Below, piece after piece: positions 1 to 11,752 of a stretch of DNA of 64,000 nt. The position numbers were made by a program, and so were the translations under genes. This DNA is from Chrysomallon squamiferum (lineage: Eukaryota; Animalia; Mollusca): assembly GCA_012295275.1 (NCBI GenBank), contig CM022678.1:8246001-8310000 (forward strand). Direction: 5' to 3'. Below the pieces are notes generated by a model. That model did no database searches, was not told the origin of the DNA, and saw only the letters and a list, made by a program, of their open reading frames with translations. Position 1 is the stretch's first letter, and each line of letters starts with the position of its first letter.

Positions 1-363
1 CGACCTGACCATGTAAAACGTCATTTGATGGTCCACTCTGGAGAGAAACCTTTTAAATGTGAGATTTGTGCAAAATGTTTCAATCAGCGTTCGAGATTAA
101 AAACTCATATGACCATCCATACTGATTTTAAAATTTGTGCAAAATGTTTCAATCAGCGTTCGATTTTAAAATGTCATATGAACGTCCATACTGGAGAGAA
201 ACCTTTTAAATGTGAAATTTGTGTAAAATGTTTCTCACGGAGTTCGGATTTTAAATGTCATATGAACATCCATACTGGAGAGAAACCTTTTAAATGTGAA
301 GTTTGTGAAAAATGTTTCTCACACAGTTCGAGCTTAAAATATCATGTGAAAATACATGCTTGA
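1..363 (+). CDS. C2H2 zinc-finger protein, 3' part (open from the window edge); inverted relative to the rest of the cluster
   Basis: Frame open from base 1 ([27 protein letters not shown]...). CX2CX12HX3H repeats with TGEKPF linkers. One finger has lost its linker and first Cys by an in-frame deletion (HTDFKICAKCF). Stop TGA followed by TAG and a dead finger; AATAAA at ~504. Confidence 0.85.
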   Translation, partial: RPDHVKRHLMVHSGEKPFKCEICAKCFNQRSRLKTHMTIHTDFKICAKCFNQRSILKCHMNVHTGEKPFKCEICVKCFSRSSDFKCHMNIHTGEKPFKCEVCEKCFSHSSSLKYHVKIHA

Positions 364-1319
364 TAGAAATCTTTTAAATGTTAAATTTTTGTAAAATATT
401 TCTCATATAACTGGAATCTACAACGTCACATGGAAATCCATTTTGGTCGGGAACCTTTAAGAATGATTCATGATAATACAAAAGTTAAATGAGAATTGTT
501 TTAAATAAAAGAGAGAAAAAAACATGCTTCAGTATTTATATTCTTTAATTTTGAGTAGCAAGACTGTTTTGACCGCATGTACTATTGTCACTACAGATAT
601 GAAGTAGTTGACTGATGGCTAATTTTGTTTATGATAATTCTAGAAGAAAGCTCATAGCAAATGTTTTTTATTTTATTTTATTTTTTAAATTTCATGATTC
701 TGTGATTACTATTTATGTAGTTATTAATAACAACATTTTTTTAGGGAAAGTTCCAATTTTCGTATTAAGAATATAGAAAAGATTCTTTCTTTTTTTTCTA
801 CAAAAAAGAAAAGAAAAGAAAATCAAACTTGAAAATATTGCTAAGTACATTTTAGTACTGCTGTAAAAGCACGACTTATGACATATTTGAAAACCACTGC
901 AAATACTATTACTGCTGCTATAGCCGCTATAACCGCTCAACAATTCTAACTAACACGACAGCTACTACTACAATAGTTACAGTTACTACAGCTGTTCCTA
1001 CTATTACTACTACAACAGATACAAAGTATAGGTTTTATTATATGTTTTATTATATGTTTATTCTTTATTTAAATTGAAGAATCTTTTGGTTTAAGCATTG
1101 AAACTACAGCAGAACTTTGTTTAAAACATAGGCATATCCAATTTTTGTCATAACTTTGTAGAAAATCACAAATGCACTTCTATATGTTATTTTTATGGCA
1201 ACTACTGAAGAAAGTAAAGAGGAAGTTCTTTTTGTTTTATCCTCCATGACTCTGTGATCAGTAGTTTTGTAGTCATTATAAAGAACATTATTTTAGAGAA
1301 ATAGATTGGTCGCAGCGAT

Positions 1320-1625
1320 CAAATAAAATAATACTGTTGTTTGCGATATCAGAGTGCACAGTTCAGTTTGAATGAAAAGTGATAGCGTAGACAGTTGAAC
1401 TAGGGGGAGATAAACCACGGAATTGCCATTAACACTAGAAGTACATGTTTCTCGTGTAAACGTTAAAAAAAACAACAAAAAAACCTCCACATCACCACAC
1501 ACACACACACACAAAATAACAACACGCAGGCAATCTTCAAGAAGTATGAATTTTTCGCCGAATTCTGTTTCGATTTGAAACAAAACATTTAATATCAAAG
1601 AGTGAGATAAGAAACAGAAATCAAT
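1320..1625 (-). repeat. Inverted copy of the conserved 3'-flank element of the ZF units
   Basis: gggggagataaaccacggaattgccattaa (~1402-1431) is nearly the reverse complement of ttaatagcaattccgtggtttatctccccc at ~8061, ~25786, ~38082 and ~53630. Confidence 0.75.
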
Positions 1626-1697
1626 TTTAAACAATGTATTATAGTAAGTTCGTTAACAGCCACACTGTATTTTCTGTTTAACTGATATACCTATAGT

Positions 1698-1711
1698 TGT
1701 GTGTGTGTGTT

Positions 1712-1764
<53 letters not shown>
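1698..1764. repeat. (GT)n microsatellite
   Basis: Directly visible. Confidence 0.95.
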
Positions 1765-1765
<1 letters not shown>

Positions 1766-2444
1766 GTTTTTATTTCGTTTTCGTTTTATAAATTATGAAC
1801 TGTGTTTGTGTTTTGGGATAACATGATGTTTAATACATCAGACAATTGAGATTCATTAAAATTAACAGCATTTGCCCAAAATGTTAATGAACTACAATAA
1901 TGAAAAAAAAAAAAAAAAAAAAAAAAGTTTCACTGTTGTAAGATATTTTATTAATATACAAATAAAGTTTCTTGTGGATATATGTTTGTATGTCGAAACA
2001 GGTTACATGTGAGTGGAGTATGTGTGTTAATTGGTATTTGTATATATGATGATTTGTATTCATAATTATACATATTGAAGGTTTGTTTATTTGCGAGTGT
2101 ATTAGTGAAGATGAAGTTAGATTTTTCTTTTTGTATAAATGTAGGAATATGCTAATATAGATACAAAGATAGATACAGATACACAAATATATTATGATGG
2201 ATAGAAGTATGAGTAGAGATATATATAGTCAAATATAATGATTCGACAAATACTAATCAGACTCACCGAGGATAAAATGAAAAAGATTTCCCCTTCACTT
2301 TCCTCTATAACTGTCATACAAAACAATACGTAACAGTGCGGTTGCAATCTTCTACATCCTTATGACAGTTTGGATATGAAAATGTTTTAAACAAAGGTTC
2401 TGTTGTCGTACTTTTACAGCAGTAATAAAATTAAACAGTAAAAG

Positions 2445-2809
2445 AAATGAAACGTTTTGCACAAACTTCACATTTAAAATGTTTCTCTCGGGTATGGATA
2501 CTAAATAATTCTTCGTCGGTGTGACCTGCCATTTTAATTTTTATATTCTCATGTTAGAAATTATTTCATACAAACTTCACTCTTAAACATTTTATTTCTG
2601 GTGTAACCTTCTGTTTCATTAGGTTATCACGGCAACTGTAATTATATTTTACGACAAAATTTCCAGATCACGCGTATTTTGAATGTAATGTAACCATGCT
2701 ATAAAATTCAGAGTGAACTAACGCTGCCAAATTGTAAAAAGGATTTGACGGAATAAGTTTTCTCACTTTCATCAAATTTTCGAATTCTGATCTTACTTTT
2801 TGTTGATTT
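2445..2809 (-). pseudogene. Truncated ZF cassette (acceptor, leader, half a finger)
   Basis: Minus strand reads [28 protein letters not shown] and then breaks. TTTTCAG acceptor with AG at 2811-2810. Confidence 0.8.
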
Positions 2810-3124
2810 CTGAAAACATTATTTAAACCAATGGAGATACTTAACTGCATCGCATTATGCTATTACCATTGGATTATGTATTTACCGTTTGCTGTTCAGC
2901 ATTGTTTACATTGTCATTTTGCGTATTTGACTTGACTCAGTAATATCACTACATATCACTCCGTATTCACGAATAAGAACCCACACGTTTAGATATCTAC
3001 CAAGCAAATAATCTAACAACTCTTCAGTAAAAAATTATATTTCCAATATTGAGCTTATCGCGTACTAAATTATCTGTATTTGACGATGACATCATCTATA
3101 ATAATAGTTTACTTAGCGTAGTTA

Positions 3125-3210
3125 AAACGATTCACCTATAAGCAGAACAAGAGACGAGCCACTGTGTGTCTTTTGTTTATTTCTCAGTCAGATGTGTGTG
3201 TCTAGATCTG
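3125..3210 (-). promoter_or_regulatory. Putative non-coding first exon and donor (AG|GTGAAT at 3135), separated from its TATA box by a LINE insertion
   Basis: Homologous to 42345-42475 and 47358-47438. Confidence 0.5.
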
Positions 3211-3719
3211 GAATGGAATGGAATGGAAAAAAATTAACGTGCTAATCAGAGCAAGCTGTTGTGAAGCACGTCTGCGACGGGCACGTTTTCTGACAGGTCA
3301 GCGGGCGTGTCCGTCGCAGAAAAGAGTTTTGGGTAAGGAAAGAGAATGGGCTCTCGCCACGATTGCAGGACACAAGGGAGTGACCGGCACATCGGATCGT
3401 GACGAGTCGGTACCGATGTTTCGCTCCCTGTGGTCTCCGGCACAATCTCTCAGCCATCACCGGGTCCGTGTTGTTTGCCGTCCTGGTTGTTCTTCTCTTG
3501 GCTGCTGTTGTTGTTTCTTTTTGGCTGCTTCCTTCTGGTCCACGTAGTCCAAACCTGTAATTTTTTTAATTTTTTTTTTTCTAATTATCTTTTTATTGTT
3601 TTAAAAGATATTATAAAAACCTGCAACTAAAACAAATAACATAAATGTAGTTAACTTATTTACATTTTATTTTAATTTAAAAGATGTTATAAATCCTGCA
3701 GCTAGGATTAAGAATATGG

Positions 3720-3757
<38 letters not shown>

Positions 3758-4370
3758 CGGTGTGAAAAATTGTAAAAAAAAGAAAGAAAATTGAAATAAA
3801 ACACCATAACCGGGTTAGTAGTGTCTGAAAGTGGGTTCGTATAGTACGTTTATCCTTGTTTTTAATTATTAATTTAATTGGTCATTCAAATTGATTCGTC
3901 AATCAGCCGATCCATCCGTAGATCCATCAACTGTTCAACCAATCAATCCGCAAGTCAATAGATTTATATAACTGTTGTTTGTTTTCGTGTCAAAAAAAAA
4001 ATAAAAAAAAAGTTTAAAGTTTGTTTTGTTTTGAGAATGTAATTTGTTACTGCAGCGAGGACTAACTCTCTGTCTTTCGTGTTTGGTGCCAGGATGTGTT
4101 GGCGCGTGAACTCGATTTTCAGTTCCTCCAGTGTATTGCGTAGTGCTTGTCTTTCCTTGGCAAAATTTGGACAGTGAAACAAGTAGTGTTTCATGGTTTC
4201 TGAGTTTCTGAGTCCACAGCTGCAGTTGGGTGATGTGGTGATGTTATGTTTGTATCGAATTGCGTTTAGATTGGTTGAGTAACCAATTCTGGCTTTGGTG
4301 AGATTGTTGTTGTGTAGTTTGGGTGTTTTGACGAGTGGTTTGATGTTTAAGTGCCATTTATTTTTGGTGT
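3211..4370 (-). mobile_element. 5'-truncated non-LTR retrotransposon (LINE; CR1- or I-group-like C-terminus, clade uncertain)
   Basis: Open frame ~4380-3964: LTKARIGYSTNLNAIRYKHNITTSPNCSCGLRNSETMKHYLFHCPNFAKER, the ORF2 C-terminal CCHC knuckle. ~750 bp 3' UTR and (CCATT)3 tail at 3211-3226. 16-bp TSD tgtgtgtctagatctg (3195-3210) / tgtttgtctggatctg (4371-4386). Empty site at 47423-47438. Confidence 0.88.
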
Positions 4371-4386
4371 TGTTTGTCTGGATCTG

Positions 4387-4680
4387 AGCTGTACTCGGTT
4401 TATATAGGACCCAATTCAGATCGGTTACGTGTGCGTCTAAGTAGATGTTTGATTGTTACAGGTTTTAATTTTTCACTACTTCTTTGTTCCATAATAATTT
4501 ATGAAGCTTCTGGCTTGTTTTATATTGTGTATCGTTTTGGTAAACGACTGTAAATTGTTCAGTTGATTGATGATGTTGGCAGGTTTTAATTAATGTCTAT
4601 TTATCATTAGGTTTTTTGCTTAAAATATAATGACTGTCGTTCATCCTTGAGTGTTTTGTTACGAATATATTTGAATTTTA
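4387..4680 (-). promoter_or_regulatory. TATA-containing upstream part of the promoter/solo-LTR-like module
   Basis: TATATAAA on the minus strand at 4399-4406; block homologous to 42586-42860 and 47439-47740. Confidence 0.5.
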
Positions 4681-5264
4681 ATAATAGACAATGTTCATGT
4701 TTTGCATTATATTTCTATCAGTTATGTAGAGTTAGATTACAGACTCAGATAAAAAATGTTATCATGATCATTATACAAAATATAAATATATAGAGATATA
4801 GGTATATAGTTAGATCACGACTAATATATATATATATATATTTTGTGTTTCTATGTGAATGTCGATGTGTGATTGAATTCATATTTAACCGTACAATACT
4901 TTATTTATATTTGTATCCGTGACATTGTATTTGTATCTTTCTGCCAATACGCATACACCAATCACAACAAACGTATAGACACATACATACATACACACAC
5001 ATACTCTCTTACAACAGAAAAAGTAATCAAAGTTCTTCTGATAATATCGTGGTAGTGCAATGTGCTGATCGCAGTGGTTGTAGTAATATTAACAGCATTA
5101 GAAAACAAGAAAATCTAGTTCAGAATTAAAGTATTTTTAATTATATTTTCTAAAAAATACTGTTAATACAAAACAGTATATATTATTTTTAAGGTTTTTT
5201 TTTTTTTCCTTCTATTTCACATATCATCAATAAGCTTTTAAATGTTCCTCTTCATGTCATATTT

Positions 5265-5582
5265 TGAACACCAGTAGTTTTGAAAACACTTTGCACGAGC
5301 TCCCAATTTAAACCGCCTCTAACCAGTATGTACGAATATGTAATTCTTTACAGTATCTCCTTGTGAGAAACATTTTTATACAAACGTCTCATTTAACAAA
5401 GTTAACCTTGTTTCTCACCTGTGTGCATCTTCGGTTGACATTTTAGACATGCATGTTCTTCAAAACAAACTGCACATTTAAAAGGTATGTCATTACTAGG
5501 GGTCTTTATGTGATTTCTTAGATAAGAACTAAGCTGGATAAATTTTGCACAAACTTCACATTTAAATCTTTTCTCACACTCA
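5265..5582 (-). pseudogene. Degenerate C2H2 ZF fragment (3-4 decayed fingers)
   Basis: [12 protein letters not shown]...LRNHIKTPSNDIPFKCAVCF...MHTGEK with lost ligands and stops. 3' flank resembles that of the 59.4 kb gene. Confidence 0.8.
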
Positions 5583-5999
5583 CACACAATGGAACATTTA
5601 ATCTTACCGACATTTGATGACAAATGCTACTTCAGAGTGATTTTCAACTGACAATACGACTAATTGACATTTGTGATATACACGTTTAGATAAAAGAGAC
5701 AATTTTATATTTTAAAAGCTCTGAAGTGATGGCTCACAATTAGCGTACAATCATACAAATAGTAAAATACGCAACTAATACTTTCATTTTATTTTATTGT
5801 CATTATTTTTATTAGCTTTTTATTATTTGTAAATAGCAATGATAATAACTTATGGAGTGACGTTTGTAAATGACAATCATCTTAAGCAGCATTTCAGTAT
5901 GCAAACTGAATTTAGAAGGATTTCGCATGGAATACAACTATAAATTGATAGATACACTTATATAAACACATACACAGATATATACATATACAAACAAAA

Positions 6000-7530
6000 A
6001 TATATTTTTTACAATCTGATCAGTTCATAAATTAAATTCTCTACATTTTTTTTTTTCTCAATATAGAAAACAGGCTTTGAAATTCAACTGATTGTATATT
6101 TCTTGGTATTTACAAAGGATCCAGCTCAAGGTATTTAGCTTGAGTTAAAATTTCTGTATTAAATAATTAACAATGCAAATACCTTGATGTCGTTAACATG
6201 ATAAAGGTTGTTCACAAAAACTTGTCTCACTGGATATCTTCACAAGGTGAAACCTCAATCAAATGCTCCTTCAAAATTGGTAAGCACGGTACGTATTTTT
6301 CTTATTTCCTTTTAGTAAATTAATAGAAAACATTTTTTATAAGTTGTATATAACTCTATTGCATTAGATTCTTTCATTTCATACTTTCAGAAAGCAAAAA
6401 TATATGTGACCTAAACCACATTCATCCAGTATAGCTTATATTCAACATAACCAGCATTATTTACATTATTAACAACATCGAAAGCACACCAAACAATTTA
6501 AACTCTTTGCAGTTAACTTAATATATATAGTTCCATATAAAGCCTTTCAACTATATCTAAATTAATAAAACCCCATATTTGACATCCATCTTATTATTTA
6601 GCTTTTACAAACTTGTAAATAAATGCAAGTGACAGTCAAGTAATCAACTGAATTCTCTACATCTTTTAATATAGCAAACACTGCTTCTGAACATCAGCTG
6701 ATTAAATCTGTTTTAGTATTCGATGATCCAGATTTACTTAAAATAAGGAATAGGTATTTAACCTCGGTAACAATTTCTACCTCCATATTACTAGATATAA
6801 ATCTAAATGTATTTGTTTTTAGATTGCCTCTGGGAAACAATCTTAATTTTTAAGTAGAACTACTCACTGCACAACTGCTCACCAGTAAAGTGATAAACTT
6901 TACAACAGTAGTGATAATCTCTTAACAATAAAATAGGATATGCTAAAATCAGTACATTTGTTTCTAAGTTTTGCTTTATCTTAGAAATATAAAGTGTTCT
7001 GAAAACAAGATATTAACAGATATCTAAAATACAAGAACTGAGGCAAGCAATCGTATCTGTACTATTACCAAGCAGATGTTTGAGACTATTATTTACATCC
7101 ATCACTAACAAAGAATTGACAGTATTGACGTATCAAATTGAATTAGTATTTTAGAGAAGGATCCTATATAAAATGTTTTCTATTAATGTACTAAAAGGAA
7201 ATAAGAAAAATATGTACCAGGCTTTAACAATTTTGAAGGAGCATTTGATTCAGATATCAAACTTGTGAAGATATCCAGTAAGACAAATTCTTGTGTAAGA
7301 CCTTTATCATGTTAATGTACATCAAGTTATTTGCATTGTTAATTATTTAATACAGAAATTATAACTAAATACCTTGAACTTTTCTTAAATAAGTCTGGAT
7401 CCTTTGTAATTCAGTCTGATGATCTTCAAAGACTGTTTCCTATACTGAGAAAAGAAGAAGTTAGAGAATTTAATTTAAGAAGTGATAAGGTTATAAATAT
7501 AGATATATTACTCTATGGATGTCATCACAT
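6000..7530. mobile_element. Decayed RTE-X-like LINE RT fragments in both orientations
   Basis: Plus strand ~7210-7252 encodes ..NFEGAFDS (RT DFxKAFD motif). 6000-6340 is an inverted copy of ~7150-7510. 6350-7020 is a minus-strand RT C-terminal fragment (EIVTEVKYL, GCQIWGF). Confidence 0.7.
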
Positions 7531-7859
7531 TACAAATGCTAGACAACATATATATATTTGTTTTACAAAATGTATACTAGATGAATGTGACTTCTGTAAC
7601 ATATATTCATGTACCAAAGTACATTCAAAACATGGTGTTAAAACAATATTGTATGATCGATTGTTACAAATATGAAACAATGATACATTTGAGTGATTTA
7701 AAGCCATACGCTAAATACAAACAACAGTTACAATGTTTCCACTGGACTAGTTTATGCAGTCGATGTTAATGCCTGAACAAATGTTTCTATTTATTGCCAT
7801 TTGAAAATTATTTAATTAGTTCTGTAATGTATTTAAGTAATAATAAATATACGGCTATC

Positions 7860-8240
7860 GTTGAAACGATTATAGGTACACAACGTAAACAAAGAACACC
7901 ACGTCACTATTTAACACAAAACGAACTATCTTGATGTTTTGCGAACAATTCTTATACAATTTACAGCAAATGTCTTCTAGATTACCTGATTTGGTGTTTA
8001 ATTATTTCTTTCCTTCCATTCATTTCCAAAATTTACGTGAAACACATTCTGTGTCTCGTCTTAATAGCAATTCCGTGGTTTATCTCCCCCTTCCTCAACT
8101 TTGTACTCTATTAGATTTCCTTCAGAATAAAGCGCGCACTCTAACACACAAAGAACAGTATTATTTTGTTACATGGCTATAACCAGACACACTTCATCGC
8201 AACGGCAACAAAAACGAACCAGACGGATATTTCTGCCTGT
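7860..8240. repeat. Conserved CpG-containing 3'-flank element (aaataaagcgcgcactc core)
   Basis: Copies at ~25560-25960, 37870-38260, 41900-41980, 53400-53780, 62640-62830, partial at 16600-16770, inverted at 1320-1625. Confidence 0.75.
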
Positions 8241-8519
8241 CTTAATTTACTTTTATATAGTTTTTCTTTTTCTTCTTATTATTATTTGTCTTCATATGCG
8301 GATATTTTAATTTTATATTTATTGTTATTATCATTGTAATAAAAATTTAAAAACAGATATCTATGTGTGTGAGGTTGTGTGTGTCTGTGTGTGTGTGTTT
8401 ATTTTCTATAGTTTTTATTATTATTATTTATTTTCATATGCCGACATTTTAATTTTAATTGTATTATCATTAATGTACTAAATATTTAAAAACAAATATA
8501 CATGTGTGTCTGCATTTGT

Positions 8520-8525
8520 GTGTGT

Positions 8526-8570
<45 letters not shown>

Positions 8571-8674
8571 TAAAATAACCTTTCATGGGACGCAACTCCC
8601 AGTCTCCTTCTTCAGATTTTAACAATGTACTTCTTCATTTAAATTTAAGATAACTTTAACACTAAAATAAAGTC

Positions 8675-8718
<44 letters not shown>
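8520..8718. repeat. (GT)n (8520-8568) and (TA)n (8677-8718) microsatellites
   Basis: Directly visible. Confidence 0.95.
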
Positions 8719-8720
<2 letters not shown>

Positions 8721-9904
8721 AATCCACAAGAACGATAATGGTACCACGTTGAAATTTTTAATATCTCTAATCAGTGACGGCACAGGTAAAAGTAAAGTCT
8801 GTAAAATACTTCAATTTAGATACAAGGTGTTTTTCATGTTTTGGATAAAATTTTCATCATGTAATTAGTGAGACATTACACGCTATTACTGAAGATTCCC
8901 GGAATAAAAAATCGTAAAATGTCAAGTTTATATTCAGATCTAAATTACTCCTGTTTATTTTGAAGACAGCCTAATCTTTTACTGCTATCCGAAGCTCTTA
9001 AAACTTATCCTAACGTGTGTCTGTGTACATGAGTTTATTATGTTTATATCTGTGTTCATCTGTTTTTGTGTTTATATAATTTCATCTATCTGTATACATT
9101 TGTATTCCATGGGAAATCTTCCTAAATTCAGTTTGCACCTAGGTGAAATCGCCGTATATTGTCAGTTGAACGAAATGCTGCTTAAGATGACTATCATTTA
9201 AACACCTGTATATTAGTGTCATTGATTTTTACATTTTATTATTTGAAAGTAGCATCAAAGGATGCATTTGAATTTATTTCCGTATTTCCCTGTTTTCTAT
9301 ATTTGTAAAATGAAGAAGACCTAGGTTCTCACAATGAACATGTAGTGTACAAGATTATCAGTTACTAAAACAGTCATTTGAAACAAAATACAGCATCAGT
9401 ATTAGTATTTGAGCGGATGGTTACAGTAAATACACACATACATAATTACAAATACAAAAAAGTACAAAAGACCATAATATGAACCCATACAGAGAGAAAA
9501 ACATAGACAGAGACAAATATTGTTTCTTAAATTAAGATAATCTGTTATAATAATAACAAGGAATTGATGAAAGTTGGCATGAAGTCTAATATCCACTTCC
9601 CTGATGTTGTAGTAATAGCAGTGGCAGTACTAGTAGAAAAAGCAGTAATAATACAGTAAAGGCAGTAATAATACTACTGCTAGTAGTAGAAGTAGTTAGT
9701 AGGACTTTCTATTTCAGATTTGTTATCAATCAAACTAATCAAACGTCGTTTTCTACATTACCTTTTCTTAAATGTTGTTTATTGCAAAACAGTATTTTAT
9801 ATTTCATGGTCAGTATTTGATAAATTATTACTTTTATTTTAAGCTATCATGTCATTTCTAAAACGTTTCTAATAAAAGCGGCACATCGTGTGATATTTTA
9901 GATA

Positions 9905-10150
9905 CCATCTTGCAGGAAATATTTCGCACGAACTCAACATTTAAAACGTTTTTCACCCCTGTGTATTTTTAATGTGACATTTTAGAACATCTCCTCGTGA
10001 GAAACATCTTGCTCAAACTTCATATTTGAAAGACTTCTCACCAGTTTGGATCTTTATGTGAAGTTTCATATTCGAACTCCGTCAAAAAAACATTTTGCAC
10101 AAGCTTCACATTTAAAAGGCTTCTATCCATCATGCATTTTCAGATAATAT
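9905..10150 (-). pseudogene. 2-3 dead zinc fingers in the 3' UTR behind the stop codon
   Basis: KPFKCEACAKCF, QTGEKSFKYEV, HRGEKRFKC*VRAKYF with frameshifts. Equivalent tails at 18680-18889 and 28400-28606. Confidence 0.8.
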
Positions 10151-11752
10151 TTAAAACTCTCCAGTATGGATCTTAATATGTCTTTTTAAACTCGTACGCT
10201 GATTGAAACTTTTTGCACAAGCTTCACATTTAAAAGGCTTCTCTCCAGTATGGATCTTAATATGTCTGTGTAAACTCGAACTCTGATTGAAACTTTTTGC
10301 ACAAACTTCACATTTAAAAGGCTTCTCTCCAGTATGGATCTTCATATGACATTTTAAACTCGAACGCTGATTGAAACATTTTGCACAAACCTCACATTTA
10401 AAAGGTTTCTCTCCAGAGTGCACCATCATATGTCGTTTTATATTTTCATGTAACGAGGAACATTTTCCACAAATCTCACATTTAAAAGGTTTCTTTCCAA
10501 GATGGACATTCATGTGATTTTTTAGATTAGATCTGCATGAGAAACGTTTTGCACAAACCTCACATTTAAAAGGCTTCTCTCCATGAAAGACATTCATATG
10601 ACATCTTAAACTCGAGCTCCCTGAGAAATATTTTGCACAAACTTCACATTTAAAAGGCTTCTCTCCAGTATGGATGTTCATATGACCTTTTAAACTCGAA
10701 CGCTGATTGAAACATTTTGCACAAACTTCACATTTAAAAGATTTCTCACCAGAGTGGACTATCATATGACGTTTTACACGTTCGGGTAGTGTGAAACATT
10801 TTGCACAAACCTCACATTTAAAAGGCTTCTCTCCAGTATGGACTCTCATATGATTTTTCACATATACTCTTTGTGAGAAACATTTACCACAGACTTCACA
10901 TTTAAATGGTTTCTCATTAGCATGAAGCTTCATGTGACATCTTAGATTCGATATATGTGAGAAACATTTTAAACAAATTTTACATTTAAAAGGTTTCTGT
11001 CCAGTATGGACTCTTATATGAAGTTTTACATATTCTCTTCGTGAGAAACATTTTGCACAAACTTCACATTTAAAAGGTTTCTCTCCAGAATGGATCTTAA
11101 TATGTCTGTGTAAACTCGAACTCTGATTGAAACATTTTGCACAAACTTCACATTTAAAAAGTTTCTCTCCAGTATGGATCTTCATATGACATTTTAAACT
11201 CGAACGCTGATTGAAACATTTTGCACAAACCTCACATTTAAAAGGCTTCTCTCCAGAGTGCACCATCATATGTCGTTTTATATTTTCATGTAACGTGAAA
11301 CATTTTCCACAAATCTCACATTTAAAAGGTTTCTTTCCAAGATGGACATTCATGTGATTTTTTAGTTTATATCTGCATGAGAAACGTTTTGCACAAACCT
11401 CACATTTAAAAGGCTTCTCTCCAGTGTGGACTCTCATATGATTTTTCACATATACTCTTTGTGAGAAACATTTTCCACAGACTTCACATTTAAATGGTTT
11501 CTCATTAGTATGAAGCTTCATGTGACATTTTAGATTCGAACTATGTGAGAAACCTTTTACACAAACTTCACATTTAAAAGGTTTCTGTCCAGTATGGACT
11601 CTTATATGATGTTTTACACATTCTCTTCGAGAGAAACATTTTGCACAAACTTCACATTTAAAAGGTTTCTCACCAGAATGGATGCTGAATAATTCTTGAT
11701 TACTGTGATTTGCCATGTTAATTTTTATATTTCCTATTTCTAGAAAATTCAT
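10151..11752 (-). CDS. C2H2 zinc-finger protein, 18 tandem fingers, no effector domain seen
   Basis: 533-aa uninterrupted ORF; family-conserved ATG ([18 protein letters not shown]) at 11716; acceptor AG at 12002-12001. Confidence 0.93.
   Translation of the reverse strand: MNFLEIGNIKINMANHSNQELFSIHSGEKPFKCEVCAKCFSRRECVKHHIRVHTGQKPFKCEVCVKGFSHSSNLKCHMKLHTNEKPFKCEVCGKCFSQRVYVKNHMRVHTGEKPFKCEVCAKRFSCRYKLKNHMNVHLGKKPFKCEICGKCFTLHENIKRHMMVHSGEKPFKCEVCAKCFNQRSSLKCHMKIHTGEKLFKCEVCAKCFNQSSSLHRHIKIHSGEKPFKCEVCAKCFSRREYVKLHIRVHTGQKPFKCKICLKCFSHISNLRCHMKLHANEKPFKCEVCGKCFSQRVYVKNHMRVHTGEKPFKCEVCAKCFTLPERVKRHMIVHSGEKSFKCEVCAKCFNQRSSLKGHMNIHTGEKPFKCEVCAKYFSGSSSLRCHMNVFHGEKPFKCEVCAKRFSCRSNLKNHMNVHLGKKPFKCEICGKCSSLHENIKRHMMVHSGEKPFKCEVCAKCFNQRSSLKCHMKIHTGEKPFKCEVCAKSFNQSSSLHRHIKIHTGEKPFKCEACAKSFNQRTSLKRHIKIHTGEF

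Noticed and set aside
3211-3226. (GGAAT)n as satellite or telomere-like DNA
   Set aside because: Only three units, positioned as the LINE 3' tail next to the TSD.
3260-3420. Hammerhead or HDV-like ribozyme, or tRNA-derived SINE head
   Set aside because: No CUGANGA/GAAA core, cloverleaf or A/B boxes could be identified by eye; an Infernal/Rfam scan would settle it.
3218-3630. Several overlapping ORFs, with a similar ORF at 42409-42690
   Set aside because: GC-rich LINE 3' UTR is stop-poor by chance; the similarity reflects the shared LINE remnant.
9402-9596. Recurrent small ORF MDIRLHANF... (also 18192 and 27884) as a conserved peptide gene
   Set aside because: GTG start, low complexity, frameshifted between copies; recurrence is explained by segmental duplication.
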